Shown here: one piece after another, positions 8,764 through 18,875 of the stretch | Layout of the letters: each line of letters starts with the position of its first letter | Numbering within the stretch: position 1 is the stretch's first letter | Origin: Terriglobales bacterium | GTDB taxonomy: Bacteria; Acidobacteriota; Terriglobia; Terriglobales; Acidobacteriaceae | DNA: 64,000 nucleotides | Direction of reading: 5' to 3' | Assembly (NCBI GenBank): GCA_035493765.1 | Contig: DATJHT010000141.1 | Location: 1,249 to 65,248 of the forward strand | Translations under genes and position numbers: made by a program | The notes under the pieces: model-generated | Told to the model about the DNA's origin: nothing | Databases searched by the model: none | What the model saw: only the letters and a program-made list of their open reading frames with translations

Positions 8764-8990
8764 CTACGCCGAAGTCCTTAATTCTGCTTCGCGAATGAGG
8801 TTCAAGGTTCGCATTGCATCTTCGAGTCTCCGCCGTTCGCGATCGTTTGCATGAGGTGTTTCGTGCAAGATTTGCCATCGCTGCCGTAGAGCATCTTGCG
8901 CCTGATCGATTCGATCCGCGATTTTTTTGGAATCGGTTTCAAGCACCGCGGCGGCGTAAAGTTCTTCCCAAAGCTTCGGTTCGTTCATGT
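8764..8990 (-). CDS. small hypothetical protein (75 aa)
   Basis: An internal ATG at 8990 is preceded by GGGAGA 6 nt upstream. The longer 135-aa ORF in the track has no RBS. The product is helical and charged (MNEPKLWEELYAAAVLETDSKKIADRIDQAQDAL...). Confidence 0.5.
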
Positions 8991-9003
8991 GAGTCTCCCT
9001 TTC

Positions 9004-9037
9004 GGAAAAATTGCCCGGCGTGGCGCATGCGCACGCC
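9004..9037 (-). terminator. possible terminator downstream of tag
   Basis: GGCGTG/CACGCC 6-bp stem (9017-9022 / 9032-9037). On the minus strand it is followed, after 6 nt, by TTTTT. Confidence 0.4.
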
Positions 9038-9133
9038 CTATTCCTGAGACGCGCCGCGGCGGACGGAAATGCGTAAAGGAAAGGTAAAGAGTTGTCTAGA
9101 GTTGCAGAGAGGGCGGAAATCCGCAGCCACGTT

Positions 9134-9715
9134 CTACGAAATTTCCTCGTATCGGAAGCAGGTGACAGCATGATCGTTCACCATTCCGACAGCCTGCATG
9201 AACGCATAACATATGGTCGAGCCCACGAAAGTGAACCCGCGTTTTTTCAAGTCTTTGCTCATGCTATCGGATTCGGGTGTGCGGGCCGGAATGTCGCCCA
9301 AGCCCTCTCTCGCATTCAGCTGAGGCTTGCCCCCGACAAATCGCCAGATGTAGCGATCGAAGGACCCGAATTCTTTCTGGACAGAGAGAAATGCTTTCGC
9401 GTTCTTGATTGCAGAAATAATCTTCAGGCGATTGCGAATGATGCCTTCGTTGCGCATCAATTCGCGGACCTTGCGGTTGCCGTAAGCTGAGACTTTTTTC
9501 GGATCAAAGTTATCGAACGCGAGGCGATAGTTCGTGCGCTTGCGGAGAATCGTGTCCCAACTGAGGCCAGCCTGCGCCCCTTCGAGAAGCAGGAATTCAA
9601 ACAGGACTCGATCGCGATGGCAGGGCACGCCCCATTCGCGGTCGTGATAGCGAATGGCGAGATCGTTCGTCGCCCAGGCGCAACGGACCAGGCTCTTTTC
9701 TACCCGCTCTTTCAT
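9134..9715 (-). CDS. tag: DNA-3-methyladenine glycosylase I
   Basis: RCAWATNDLAIRYHDREWGVPCHRDRVLFEFLLLEGAQAGLSWDTILRKR and a C-terminal KKRGFTFVGSTICYAFMQAVGMVNDH match Tag almost motif for motif. The start is uncertain, either ATG 9715 or GTG 9769. Confidence 0.85.
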   Translation of the reverse strand: MKERVEKSLVRCAWATNDLAIRYHDREWGVPCHRDRVLFEFLLLEGAQAGLSWDTILRKRTNYRLAFDNFDPKKVSAYGNRKVRELMRNEGIIRNRLKIISAIKNAKAFLSVQKEFGSFDRYIWRFVGGKPQLNAREGLGDIPARTPESDSMSKDLKKRGFTFVGSTICYAFMQAVGMVNDHAVTCFRYEEIS

Positions 9716-9825
9716 GTGTCTGACCGTGGCAGGATGGCGTGCCTGGGCCGGGAAGTTATTTGCCTCCACAAGATCCCTGTCGCAGAAAAGGCGACAAAGG
9801 GTAGGGCAACCGAAAATATTCCTCC

Positions 9826-10884
9826 CTACCCGGCGACGGCTTCGCGTTCCGCGTCTTCAAGAATGCCGAAGGCGGCGTCCATCATTTCCTGATCGACCTT
9901 GCGATTGGTGCCGGTAGCTTCGGCAAGCGAGATAGAAATAATCTTGTTGCCGCGAAGAGCAGCCATCTTGCCGAATTCACCGCGATGCACCATGTCGATC
10001 GCGCCAAGGCCGTAGCGAGTCGCGAGCACGCGATCGAACGCTGTAGGCGAACCGCCTCGCTGAACGTGCCCCAGGACTACCGTTCGTGTTTCAAAACCTG
10101 TCCGGCGCTCAATCTCCTGGGCCAGCGTGTTGCCGATTCCGCCCAGGCGGGCGTGACCGAATTCATCTGTCTCGTCAGTTTGCTTGACCAGTCCTTTTCC
10201 GGCGGCAAACTTTGCGCCCTCAGCCACGACGACAATGCTGAAGTAACGTCCGCGATCGTGACGCATCCGGATCTTGGCAGCGACTTTATCAACGTCGAAG
10301 GGCTGCTCCGGGATGAGGATTACGTCTGCCCCCCCGGCAATGCCGCTGTAAATAGCAATCCATCCAGCGTCGCGTCCCATGACCTCAACTACCATGACGC
10401 GATTGTGGGCTTCAGCGGTGGTGTGCACGCGATCAATGGCTTCGGTAACAATGTTGACCGCGGTGTCAAAGCCGAAAGTGAAGTCCGTCCCAGCGAGGTC
10501 ATTATCGATGGTCTTGGGGACTCCGACGACCTTCACACCTTTGTCCGCGAGTTTGGTTGCAACGGATAAGGTGTCATCGCCGCCGATGGCGATGAGAGCA
10601 TCGACAGCATGTTTTTTCAAAGTGGCGATGCACTTTTCGAGTCCATCGGGCTTCTTCGCAGGATTGGTGCGGGAGGTGCGAAGGATGGTGCCGCCGCGAG
10701 GCAGAATACCCGCCACAGCGCCCAAGTCGAGCGGCATGCTCATATCTTCCACCAGACCGCGCCAGCCCTCGAGAAATCCGATGAATTTGTCGTCATGGTG
10801 AAAGGTGCCCTTGCGGACGGCGGCCCGGATGACTGCGTTGAGCCCGGGACAGTCGCCTCCACCGGTGAGTATGCCGATCTTCAT
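9826..10884 (-). CDS. pfk: 6-phosphofructokinase with a PPi-type sequence signature
   Basis: MKIGILTGGGDCPGLNAVIRAAV N-terminus. GGDDT and PKTIDNDL motifs are present. Confidence 0.9.
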   Translation of the reverse strand: MKIGILTGGGDCPGLNAVIRAAVRKGTFHHDDKFIGFLEGWRGLVEDMSMPLDLGAVAGILPRGGTILRTSRTNPAKKPDGLEKCIATLKKHAVDALIAIGGDDTLSVATKLADKGVKVVGVPKTIDNDLAGTDFTFGFDTAVNIVTEAIDRVHTTAEAHNRVMVVEVMGRDAGWIAIYSGIAGGADVILIPEQPFDVDKVAAKIRMRHDRGRYFSIVVVAEGAKFAAGKGLVKQTDETDEFGHARLGGIGNTLAQEIERRTGFETRTVVLGHVQRGGSPTAFDRVLATRYGLGAIDMVHRGEFGKMAALRGNKIISISLAEATGTNRKVDQEMMDAAFGILEDAEREAVAG

Positions 10885-11118
10885 TGCTTGCTCCTTTTGG
10901 ATGTTGGATCTGCGTGTAGGCGGCGTGCCAAACGCACCTGCACAGCGAGAATAGCGTTATTACACGGAAACAGTAGATTATCATCGGCAACTGGGCGGTG
11001 AAAGATCAGGGTTATCAGAATTTGCGATGCAAACAATTCATAAAGGTGTACCGCGTTGATACAGCGAGCAGAATCACGCGGCGGCACAATGCGGTTGCCG
11101 GGGTAAAATTCTCCACAC

Positions 11119-11622
11119 ATGCGGGTTCTTGGAATCGATTGCGGGACCGAGTGCACCGGCTACGGTCTGGTAGAACTGGATCAGCGCGATCAGTTGAACT
11201 GCGTCGAGTTTGGAGCTGTCAAACTCTCCCGTCAATTGCCGCTTCCGGAGCGACTCTCCACAATTTTTGATCAGCTTTGCCGATTGGTAGAGGAATATCG
11301 TCCCGACCGGGTAGCAATTGAAGATGTGTTCTACGCAGTGAACGTCAAATCGGCGCTCAAACTCGGGCAGGTGCGAGGCGTTGCCATGCTGGCGGCGTCT
11401 TCGCACAAGATATTCGTGTCGGAGTACGCGCCGCTCACCATCAAGTCTGCGGTCGTAGGATATGGCAAAGCCGAAAAGTCACAGGTGCAGCTCATGGTAG
11501 CTCGACTGCTGCGGCTGAAGGAAATTCCAGAACCAGCCGATGCCGCCGACGCTTTGGCCATTGCGATCTGCGATCTGCATACGGCATCGAGCCTGATGCG
11601 CCAGCAGGCGGGCGGGAAATGA
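11119..11622 (+). CDS. ruvC: crossover junction endodeoxyribonuclease RuvC
   Basis: MRVLGIDCGTECTGYGLVE start, 167 aa, and ADAADALAIAICD near the C-terminus. Confidence 0.92.
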   Translation: MRVLGIDCGTECTGYGLVELDQRDQLNCVEFGAVKLSRQLPLPERLSTIFDQLCRLVEEYRPDRVAIEDVFYAVNVKSALKLGQVRGVAMLAASSHKIFVSEYAPLTIKSAVVGYGKAEKSQVQLMVARLLRLKEIPEPADAADALAIAICDLHTASSLMRQQAGGK

Positions 11623-11673
11623 TCTCGGCTAGACTTCGCTCCCTGAATCCGCAGAACTCGGTTCTGGGGGATA

Positions 11674-12351
11674 ATGAAGCGCATGAGATTCTTCCGCAAA
11701 TGTCTTTTGGTTGCGCTCGCGATGGTGGCATTCTATGCGGCGGCCGCAGGGCAAGGATCTTTGCCTACGATCAGCTACACGCAGGATTTTGAGGGATCAA
11801 ACCCCAGTCATTATGAACTGACCATCAGCAGCGATGGGCATGGAAAGTACGCTTCCAATGGTCAACTAAGCGCGAAAGCTGAACCGGCAGATCTGACTGC
11901 GGTGGACTTTACCATCTCCGATAAAGTGCGGCAGCAAATTTTTGATTTGGCAAAGCGCGCGAAGTATTTCGATGGAAAGGTGGATTCCGGCCGCAGCAAC
12001 ATTGCGAATACCGGGACCAAGGTCCTCACCTACAAGGATGACAAGCGCAGCACCAAAGCCACTTACAATTATTCGCCGGTTCCGGCCGTGGCTGATCTGA
12101 CCTCGATATTTCAGAATCTTTGCACCACGTTGGAGTTTGGACGCCGGTTGGCGTTTTTTCACAAGTATCAGAAGCTGGCACTCGACGACGAATTGAAGCG
12201 GATGGACGAGATGAGGCGGGACACCATGCTTGGCGATTTACAGGCGATTGCGCCCATCTTGCGCGACATTGCCAATGATCAAAAGGTAATGAATGTAAGC
12301 CGCTCGCGCGCTCTTCGTCTATTGGCGACTGCGGATCTCGCAGGCAAGTAA
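11674..12351 (+). CDS. hypothetical secreted protein
   Basis: 225-aa ORF with signal peptide MKRMRFFRKCLLVALAMVAFYAAAAGQG. Confidence 0.6.
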   Translation: MKRMRFFRKCLLVALAMVAFYAAAAGQGSLPTISYTQDFEGSNPSHYELTISSDGHGKYASNGQLSAKAEPADLTAVDFTISDKVRQQIFDLAKRAKYFDGKVDSGRSNIANTGTKVLTYKDDKRSTKATYNYSPVPAVADLTSIFQNLCTTLEFGRRLAFFHKYQKLALDDELKRMDEMRRDTMLGDLQAIAPILRDIANDQKVMNVSRSRALRLLATADLAGK

Positions 12352-12360
12352 ACGGTTTCT

Positions 12361-13164
12361 TCAAGCCACCACAATGCCCGCGTACCCTACCACGGCCTGG
12401 TAGTCTCCCGAAACATCTCCTGAAGTTGCGTACTGTACCAGTTCCGCTTTCTGAGCGCCCAGGCGCATTGCAGCGGTCAGCATTGCAACAGTGGGGCCGA
12501 ATCCGCACATGCTGATACTTTCAGTGATCACGGTTTCATGAAGGCCGGCGGCATCAAGCGCCAGGATTCTGTGTATGGCTTTGCGATCTTTGACGCGCGT
12601 GGTCGAGTCATCTTCATAGTGGTTCATGTCGCTCGATGCAATGATGAGAACTTGATGTCCGCACTTTTGGATTACTTGCGCGATCGCTTCTCCAAGCTGT
12701 TCGAGAAGGATCAGCCGACTGGTACCCACCGTAATCGGCAGAAAGGTTATTCCGGGCCGGATGAGCTGGAGAAACGGCAATTCAACTTCTATGGCATGCT
12801 CAAAGCGATGGGCTTCGACGTCGTCGGTCAGAGCCGGATACCCCTCCAATAGCTGCTCGGCCAACTCGTGATCAATATTCACATCGCCCAGCGGCGTGCG
12901 CCACGCGCCCCCTGCCATTAATGACAACGGATGTCCGCGCCCGGTGTGGTTGGGACAAAGAATAAGGCAGCGCGACGGAATGGCAATCGTAGAAAACACC
13001 GCTCCTGCGACGGCACCGGAATACATATATCCGGCATGAGGCACCATGCACGCGATCGCATGAATGAGTTCCCTGGGAGGAGAAAGGTAAGAATGCAAAT
13101 CGCCTCTCAGCACGGCAGGATCTGCCGGATAGAAGCGACCCGCGACGGCTGGTTCTCGCAGCAT
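12361..13164 (-). CDS. Memo-like protein (AmmeMemoRadiSam system protein B family)
   Basis: N-terminus MLREPAVAGRFYPADPAVLRGDL, plus the later PHAGY and SSDMNHY motifs characteristic of Memo/AmmeMemoRadiSam B. Confidence 0.8.
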   Translation of the reverse strand: MLREPAVAGRFYPADPAVLRGDLHSYLSPPRELIHAIACMVPHAGYMYSGAVAGAVFSTIAIPSRCLILCPNHTGRGHPLSLMAGGAWRTPLGDVNIDHELAEQLLEGYPALTDDVEAHRFEHAIEVELPFLQLIRPGITFLPITVGTSRLILLEQLGEAIAQVIQKCGHQVLIIASSDMNHYEDDSTTRVKDRKAIHRILALDAAGLHETVITESISMCGFGPTVAMLTAAMRLGAQKAELVQYATSGDVSGDYQAVVGYAGIVVA

Positions 13165-13173
13165 TACTTCTCC

Positions 13174-14037
13174 TCAGTCTGGCGGAGAGGCTGGACGGTC
13201 AAGGGCTCGAAACAATCGTGCGGTGTCTTCGAGGGACAGCGCTTCCGCACGCACGGTCGGCTTCACTTTCGCGCGCAACATCGCCCGGGTCAGATCTTCA
13301 GACGCATACCGTGCTTTCAGGTTGTTCCAGAGTGTTTTTCTTTTCTGGCCAAAAGAGAGTTTCAGAAAGCGGATGAAGTCAGCTTCATTAACGCCCAGCT
13401 TTTCAAGGTGCGGGGTCAGCGTGAGCCGTACGACCCCGGAATTCACCTTCGGCGGCGGCGAGAATGCCGCCGGGGGCACAGTGAACAGCTTCTCAACTCG
13501 CGAATACAGCTGAGCCGTCGCGGAAAGAAGTCCATATTCCTTGTTGCCCGGAGACGCTGCCAACCGGTCAGCCACTTCTTTCTGGACCATGAGAACAATG
13601 ATTTCGAAATATTTGCGATATTCAAAAAGACGCAGCAAGATTTCAGAAGTGATGAAGTAGGGCAGATTTCCCACAACGCGAACTTTTTGCGGAACGATAT
13701 CAAGGCCGGGACGGGTGCTGCCCGGCTTTGGGCCGAAGAGCGAATCGATGTCTACTGACAGAATGTCTCCTTCAATGACCTCGATGTTGGGCACTAGAGA
13801 AAAATTCATACGGAGTTGCGCAGCGAGAACGCGATCGGTTTCGATGGCAATCACCCGCCGCGCGCGGCGGACGAGCATGGAGGTTAACGCTCCGCGGCCG
13901 GGACCGATTTCAAGCACAGTGCTTTGGGAAATATCACCCATCGCATCCAAGATGCGCGGAACGACAGAGGAGTCGATCAAGAAATGCTGCCCAAGCTTTG
14001 GCTTTCTCGGCGGAACTCGCGCACTCGATGCCTTCAT
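13174..14037 (-). CDS. rsmA: 16S rRNA (adenine1518/1519-N6)-dimethyltransferase
   Basis: KLGQHFLIDSSVVPRILDA and VLEIGPGRGALT SAM motif. I prefer ATG 14037 (GAGGG 3 nt upstream) to TTG 14058. Confidence 0.9.
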   Translation of the reverse strand: MKASSARVPPRKPKLGQHFLIDSSVVPRILDAMGDISQSTVLEIGPGRGALTSMLVRRARRVIAIETDRVLAAQLRMNFSLVPNIEVIEGDILSVDIDSLFGPKPGSTRPGLDIVPQKVRVVGNLPYFITSEILLRLFEYRKYFEIIVLMVQKEVADRLAASPGNKEYGLLSATAQLYSRVEKLFTVPPAAFSPPPKVNSGVVRLTLTPHLEKLGVNEADFIRFLKLSFGQKRKTLWNNLKARYASEDLTRAMLRAKVKPTVRAEALSLEDTARLFRALDRPASPPD

Positions 14038-14147
14038 TGACCCTCGATCATGTGGCAATTAAACTGTGACCCGTAGGCTGCTCGTCGGCTCACGCCAGAT
14101 ATGATAGCGCGAGTGCAAGCAGTGTACTGGTTTGGAGCTCCCGGGAC

Positions 14148-15611
14148 ATGCACATCGCGTTCGTCGCTTCCGAATGCGTTCCTTTCTCGAAAACTGGCGG
14201 ATTGGCGGATGTGGTTGGCGCATTACCGCGAGCGCTTGCTGCCGCCGGCCATGAAGTCAGCGTTTACATTCCGCGCTATCGCCTCACGCGAATTCCGGAG
14301 GAGCGCACGGTGGTGCAGAGCATCACCGTTCCCTTCGACGATCAATACCGCTTCTGCTCGATTCTGTCGGGCGCGGGGTATCCTGGCGTGCGCTTCTATT
14401 TCGTAGATTATCCGCGGTTCTTCGACCGCGATGGGCTGTATGGCACCGCCTCCGGCGATTTTCCCGACAATGCCGAACGATTTGCGCTATTTTGCCGCGC
14501 GGTTTTGGAAGCGTCGAAAATTTTGGGAGTGCCTGACGTTTTTCATTGCCACGACTGGCAGTCGGCCCTGGTCCCTGTGCTGCTGAAGACGCAGTATGCC
14601 GAAGACCCGGCATTTCGCAACACGGGCACCGTGTTTACGATCCACAACATTGGTTATCAAGGGCTCTTTCCGCCGGAAATTCTGCCGCTGTTAATGCTTC
14701 CCTGGGACCTGTTTACGATCAGCAAAATGGAATTTTTTGGAAACGTAAATTTCCTGAAGGGCGCACTGGTGTATTCAGACTTCATCACCACGGTGAGCAG
14801 AAAATACAGTCAGGAAATTCAGACGACGGAGTTTGGATTCGGTTTAGATGGCGTGCTGAAGGACCGGGCGCAGAACGTGACGGGAATTCTGAATGGCGTT
14901 GACTACGAGGAGTGGAACCCGCAGAGCGATAAGTACATCGTCGCGCACTATGACGCCGGAAATTTGAGCGGAAAGCAGCACTGCAAGCAGGATCTGCTCG
15001 AACAGATGGGAATTCCGGGCGCAGACCCGAACATGCCGGTGATCGGAATTGTGTCGCGATTCGCAGCCCAGAAAGGTTTCGATCTGATCGGACAGATCAT
15101 TGACCGCCTGGCGCTGGAAGACATCCTTTTTACGGTGCTAGGGAGCGGTGACAAGCTTTACGAAGAAATGTTTATGCGGCTGACGCGGCGTGTGCCAAAC
15201 AAGATCGCAGTACGGATTGCTTACGACAATGCGCTGGCTCACAAGATCGAGGCTGGCGCAGACATGTTTCTGATGCCGTCCCACTACGAGCCCTGCGGGT
15301 TGAGTCAGATTTACAGCCTGAAATATGGGACGGTGCCGATCGTGCGCTCAACCGGAGGACTCGACGATACAGTGGACCCCTGGGACCCCCGGACGAAAAA
15401 GGGCACGGGATTCAAGTTTCAGGAGTACACCGGAGATGCGCTGTTGCGCACGATACATCAGGCGCTGCAGGTGCACCGCGATCAGACTTCGTGGCAGCGG
15501 CTTATGCAAAACGGCATGAGCAAAGACTTTTCGTGGAAAATCTCGGCGCGTGAGTACGTGCGTGTGTATGAGCGCGTGCGCCAGCAGCACGCGCAAGCAA
15601 TCCTGGTGTAA
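14148..15611 (+). CDS. glgA: glycogen synthase
   Basis: MHIAFVASECVPFSKTGGLADVVGALPRALA (KTGGL motif), 487 aa, and C-terminal PSHYEPCGLSQIYSLKYGTVPIVRSTGGLDDTV. Confidence 0.93.
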   Translation: MHIAFVASECVPFSKTGGLADVVGALPRALAAAGHEVSVYIPRYRLTRIPEERTVVQSITVPFDDQYRFCSILSGAGYPGVRFYFVDYPRFFDRDGLYGTASGDFPDNAERFALFCRAVLEASKILGVPDVFHCHDWQSALVPVLLKTQYAEDPAFRNTGTVFTIHNIGYQGLFPPEILPLLMLPWDLFTISKMEFFGNVNFLKGALVYSDFITTVSRKYSQEIQTTEFGFGLDGVLKDRAQNVTGILNGVDYEEWNPQSDKYIVAHYDAGNLSGKQHCKQDLLEQMGIPGADPNMPVIGIVSRFAAQKGFDLIGQIIDRLALEDILFTVLGSGDKLYEEMFMRLTRRVPNKIAVRIAYDNALAHKIEAGADMFLMPSHYEPCGLSQIYSLKYGTVPIVRSTGGLDDTVDPWDPRTKKGTGFKFQEYTGDALLRTIHQALQVHRDQTSWQRLMQNGMSKDFSWKISAREYVRVYERVRQQHAQAILV

Positions 15612-15615
15612 GGTC

Positions 15616-16878
15616 ATGCAGGCGCCTCCCTCAAGAACCGTCTTTCATGTTGATATGGACGCGTTCTTCGTTTCAGTGGAGGAATTGTTCGACCCTTCGC
15701 TGAAGGGCAAGGCGGTCGTTGTCGGCGGACAGCGCAATGAGCGCGGAGTCGTCGCAGCCGCTTCGTACGAAGCCCGAAAGTTCGGCGTGCATTCGGCGAT
15801 GCCGTTGCGCACCGCGGCTAAGCTTTGCCCGCAAGCGATTTTCGTTAATGGTCACCCCGACCGTTATCGCACGTGCTCCGAAAAAGTGCGCCGCGTTCTC
15901 GAATCATTCACGCCGCAAGTAGAAATGGCCTCGATCGACGAGGCCTATTTGGATATGACGGGCACGGAGCGACTGCACGGGCCGCCATTGCTGGCTGCGC
16001 ACAAGCTTCATCAAAAGATGAAGACGGACACTCAGCTCAACTGCTCGATAGGGATCGGAACGTCACGACTGGTTGCGAAAGTCTGCTCAGGCAAGGCGAA
16101 GCCACATGGAATGCTGTTCGCAGTTCCGGGACAGGAAGCAAAGTTACTCGCCCCATTGGACGTGCGCGACATTCCAGGAGTAGGCAAAGTCACCGAGCAA
16201 AAACTGCTGGCACTGGGAATTCTGACTGTCGGAGACCTGACGCGTTTCGACGATCGGTTCCTGGAAGAACATTTTGGGAAATGGGGTTTGGCGCTGGCGG
16301 GAAAAGCCCGCGGTCAAGACGCGGGCGGGTGGTTCGACGGCGTCATCGGTGAGAACGAAGCAGCCAAGTCCGTCAGCCACGAGCATACTTACGACCAGGA
16401 CACAGGGAGAGTCGAGCAGATCGAATCCACGCTCATGCGGCTCTCAGAAATGGTCGGGCGGCGCCTGCGTGAGTCACAACTTCACGCGCGAACTCTGCAA
16501 TTAAAGTTGCGCTACAAAGATTTCACAACTATCACCCGTGCGCGAACCCTCGATTCGCCGACTCAACTGGATAATGAGATTTATCACCAGATCCATAGTT
16601 TGTTTCATGCAAACTGGCGCTTGGGAGCGGAGGTCAGACTGTTGGGCGTGCAAGCCTCAGGCTTTGGAGAATCGCCATCCCAAGGCAATCTTCTAGAAGA
16701 CCACGACCGCGAGAAGTGGCAGAATGCGCTGCTCGCGGCGGACAAACTCCGCGACCGCTTTGGAGAAAAAAGTGTCACACTTGGAACTGGCATGAAAGGC
16801 GGCTTCCGTGAGCGGACGCACGAAAATCCTGCAGCCCTGCCGGGAAAAGCGAAGCCGCCTGGGCAGCGCGATGAGTGA
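15616..16878 (+). CDS. dinB: DNA polymerase IV
   Basis: VFHVDMDAFFVSVEE, SIDEAYLDMTG and SIGIGTSRLVAKV motifs. ATG 15616 lies 4 nt after the glgA stop. Confidence 0.92.
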   Translation: MQAPPSRTVFHVDMDAFFVSVEELFDPSLKGKAVVVGGQRNERGVVAAASYEARKFGVHSAMPLRTAAKLCPQAIFVNGHPDRYRTCSEKVRRVLESFTPQVEMASIDEAYLDMTGTERLHGPPLLAAHKLHQKMKTDTQLNCSIGIGTSRLVAKVCSGKAKPHGMLFAVPGQEAKLLAPLDVRDIPGVGKVTEQKLLALGILTVGDLTRFDDRFLEEHFGKWGLALAGKARGQDAGGWFDGVIGENEAAKSVSHEHTYDQDTGRVEQIESTLMRLSEMVGRRLRESQLHARTLQLKLRYKDFTTITRARTLDSPTQLDNEIYHQIHSLFHANWRLGAEVRLLGVQASGFGESPSQGNLLEDHDREKWQNALLAADKLRDRFGEKSVTLGTGMKGGFRERTHENPAALPGKAKPPGQRDE

Positions 16879-16922
16879 TTCTTAAATTTAGTAGATGAAA
16901 TTCCCGGTTTCGGTAGATCGGG

Positions 16923-18290
16923 TCAAGCGCGGGTTGGGCCTTCTTGCAGACTCTCGGACATCTTTTCCCGGCAAGAAAACGAAACCCCGCGCGGAATAAG
17001 CCGGTTTTCGTACGCTTGCCGTTCCAGTTCCTCGCGAAAATCTGGGTGCGCGAGACAAATGATCGACTGGGCGCGTTCTGCTACCGACTTTCCTTTCAGA
17101 TTAACCATGCCATACTCGGTGACTACGTACATGATGTCGGACCGCGGCGTGGTCACGATGTTTCCGGGCGTGAGGCCAAATACGATGCGGCTGCGGCGCT
17201 CGCCTCGCTTCTCGTAGGTTGACGCAAGGCACATGAACGACTTGCCTCCCTTGGAGGCATACGCGCCGCGCACGAACTGCAGCTGTCCGCCGGTGCCGCT
17301 GATGTGGCGATTACCATCGGACTCTGAAGCCGCCTGACCTTGTAGATCCATTTGCGTGGTGTTGTTGATGGAGACTGCCTTCTCGTTCTGCATGATGATG
17401 TGCGGCGAGTTGGTGTAGTCCACCTGGTGGCAGTACCAGTCCGGATTGCGGTTCGCCGTGGCGTAGAGCGCCTGTGAGCCGAGCGCAAATGTATAAATCA
17501 CCTTGCCACGATCGAGCGTCTTGCGCGATCCGGTAATCCGGCCCGAACGGTAAAGGAGGGCGAGGCCGTCCGTCATCATTTCCGTGTGGATACCCAGGTC
17601 CTTCACTCCGCTTTCGTACAACAGGCAGCATACGGCATTGGGCATCCCGCCTATCCCGATTTGAAGACAGGCCCCGTCTTCGACTTCAGCAGCAATCAGC
17701 CGGGCGACCGTGCGGTCGATTTCGTTCGGCTCCGGATTTGGCAGCTCCGCGCACGGTAAATGATCGCCTTCAATGATGTAGTCAATCTCGCTGACGTGCA
17801 CGCCGTTCTCTTTGCCAAAGGCGTAGGGCATCTCACGATTGACTTCGACGATCACCAGCTTCGCGCGTTCAATGGTAGCGCGCTGCCAGAAATTCGTGGG
17901 GCCAAAGTTGAAGTACCCGCCATCATCCATCGGGCAAGTCTTCAGGATGGCGATATCAATCGGATCGAGGAAGCGACGGTAATAATCCGGCACCTCTCCG
18001 AGATTGAGCGGGGCGTAGTTGCAACGTCCGGCATCGTGTTTCTTGCGGTCGTAGCCGGAAAAATGCCAGCTGAACATGTGGAAATGCTTGCCTTCAGGGT
18101 CTTCTTCGATCACCGCGCGCGGCCGTAAACTCAGGCAGGAGCGAATCTTCACGTCCTCGAGCTCGTCTTTGCGCGCAGCCAATGCTTTGTCGAAAACGTC
18201 GGGCTGGCAGTGGGTTCCGCCATAGTCGAGCCACATTCCGGATTTCACGAAACTGGCGGCCTGCTCTGCGGAAATGTTTTCACCAGACAT
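16923..18290 (-). CDS. acetyl-CoA hydrolase/transferase family protein (acyl-CoA:carboxylate CoA-transferase)
   Basis: MSGENISAEQAASFVKSGMWLDYGG start and the SGTGGQLQFVRGA motif typical of the family. ATG 18290 has GGGAG upstream. Confidence 0.8.
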   Translation of the reverse strand: MSGENISAEQAASFVKSGMWLDYGGTHCQPDVFDKALAARKDELEDVKIRSCLSLRPRAVIEEDPEGKHFHMFSWHFSGYDRKKHDAGRCNYAPLNLGEVPDYYRRFLDPIDIAILKTCPMDDGGYFNFGPTNFWQRATIERAKLVIVEVNREMPYAFGKENGVHVSEIDYIIEGDHLPCAELPNPEPNEIDRTVARLIAAEVEDGACLQIGIGGMPNAVCCLLYESGVKDLGIHTEMMTDGLALLYRSGRITGSRKTLDRGKVIYTFALGSQALYATANRNPDWYCHQVDYTNSPHIIMQNEKAVSINNTTQMDLQGQAASESDGNRHISGTGGQLQFVRGAYASKGGKSFMCLASTYEKRGERRSRIVFGLTPGNIVTTPRSDIMYVVTEYGMVNLKGKSVAERAQSIICLAHPDFREELERQAYENRLIPRGVSFSCREKMSESLQEGPTRA

Positions 18291-18474
18291 GCGTGGCTCC
18301 CTAAAGTGGGAATCTGTTTTTCTGCCAGGGCGGAACAAATGTCACTTACGCGGGGCGCTCGCCGTGCGCAAGCGGGTAGCCGGGCAACATTATGGCAGGA
18401 AGCGATCAGGAGTCAAGCGCCTTTTGCAGGAAACAGGATTCAACTACGCTGACTCTCAGCTCAATCCCGAGAAG

Positions 18475-18505
18475 AAAAACCCGCCGTTTGCGGCCGACGG
18501 GTTTT
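18475..18505 (-). terminator. possible terminator after 18517-18852
   Basis: The minus strand reads AAAACCCG..CCG-CAAA-CGG-CGGGTTTTTC. The stem is interrupted and flanked by A and T runs. Confidence 0.4.
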
Positions 18506-18516
18506 CCCTGGATTCA

Positions 18517-18852
18517 TTACAGAAGATTTATTGATTTGACCTTTAAGGTGCCGTTCTCGACATCACCGCTGACGTCGACCCGCAGGTGATCTTTCTTATC
18601 CGAGGATTGCAATGCCTCTTTAATCTTCGCGTTCCCATCGGCGTCGAACTTTAAAAATTTCTGATCGCTGGTCACGATTCCATAGCCGCTGGCAGCGCAC
18701 TTCAACGCACACTCCCGCTTGTGCGCGTCAGGGCTGGCCGACACTTTGCTGGAGCAGTTCTTGTCCACCACCGGAACGTCGTGAAAGGTCTCGCTCAACG
18801 CGGGAATGGCGAACAGCACAACGCTTGCGAACAACAAAATAAATTTGCGCAT
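18517..18852 (-). CDS. small secreted Cys-containing protein (111 aa)
   Basis: ATG 18852 is preceded by GGAGGATAC. Signal peptide MRKFILLFASVVLFAIPALS. The mature part contains 3 Cys (NCSSK...RECALKCAASGYG). Confidence 0.55.
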   Translation of the reverse strand: MRKFILLFASVVLFAIPALSETFHDVPVVDKNCSSKVSASPDAHKRECALKCAASGYGIVTSDQKFLKFDADGNAKIKEALQSSDKKDHLRVDVSGDVENGTLKVKSINLL

Positions 18853-18875
18853 GTATCCTCCAAAGAAAAGATTTA

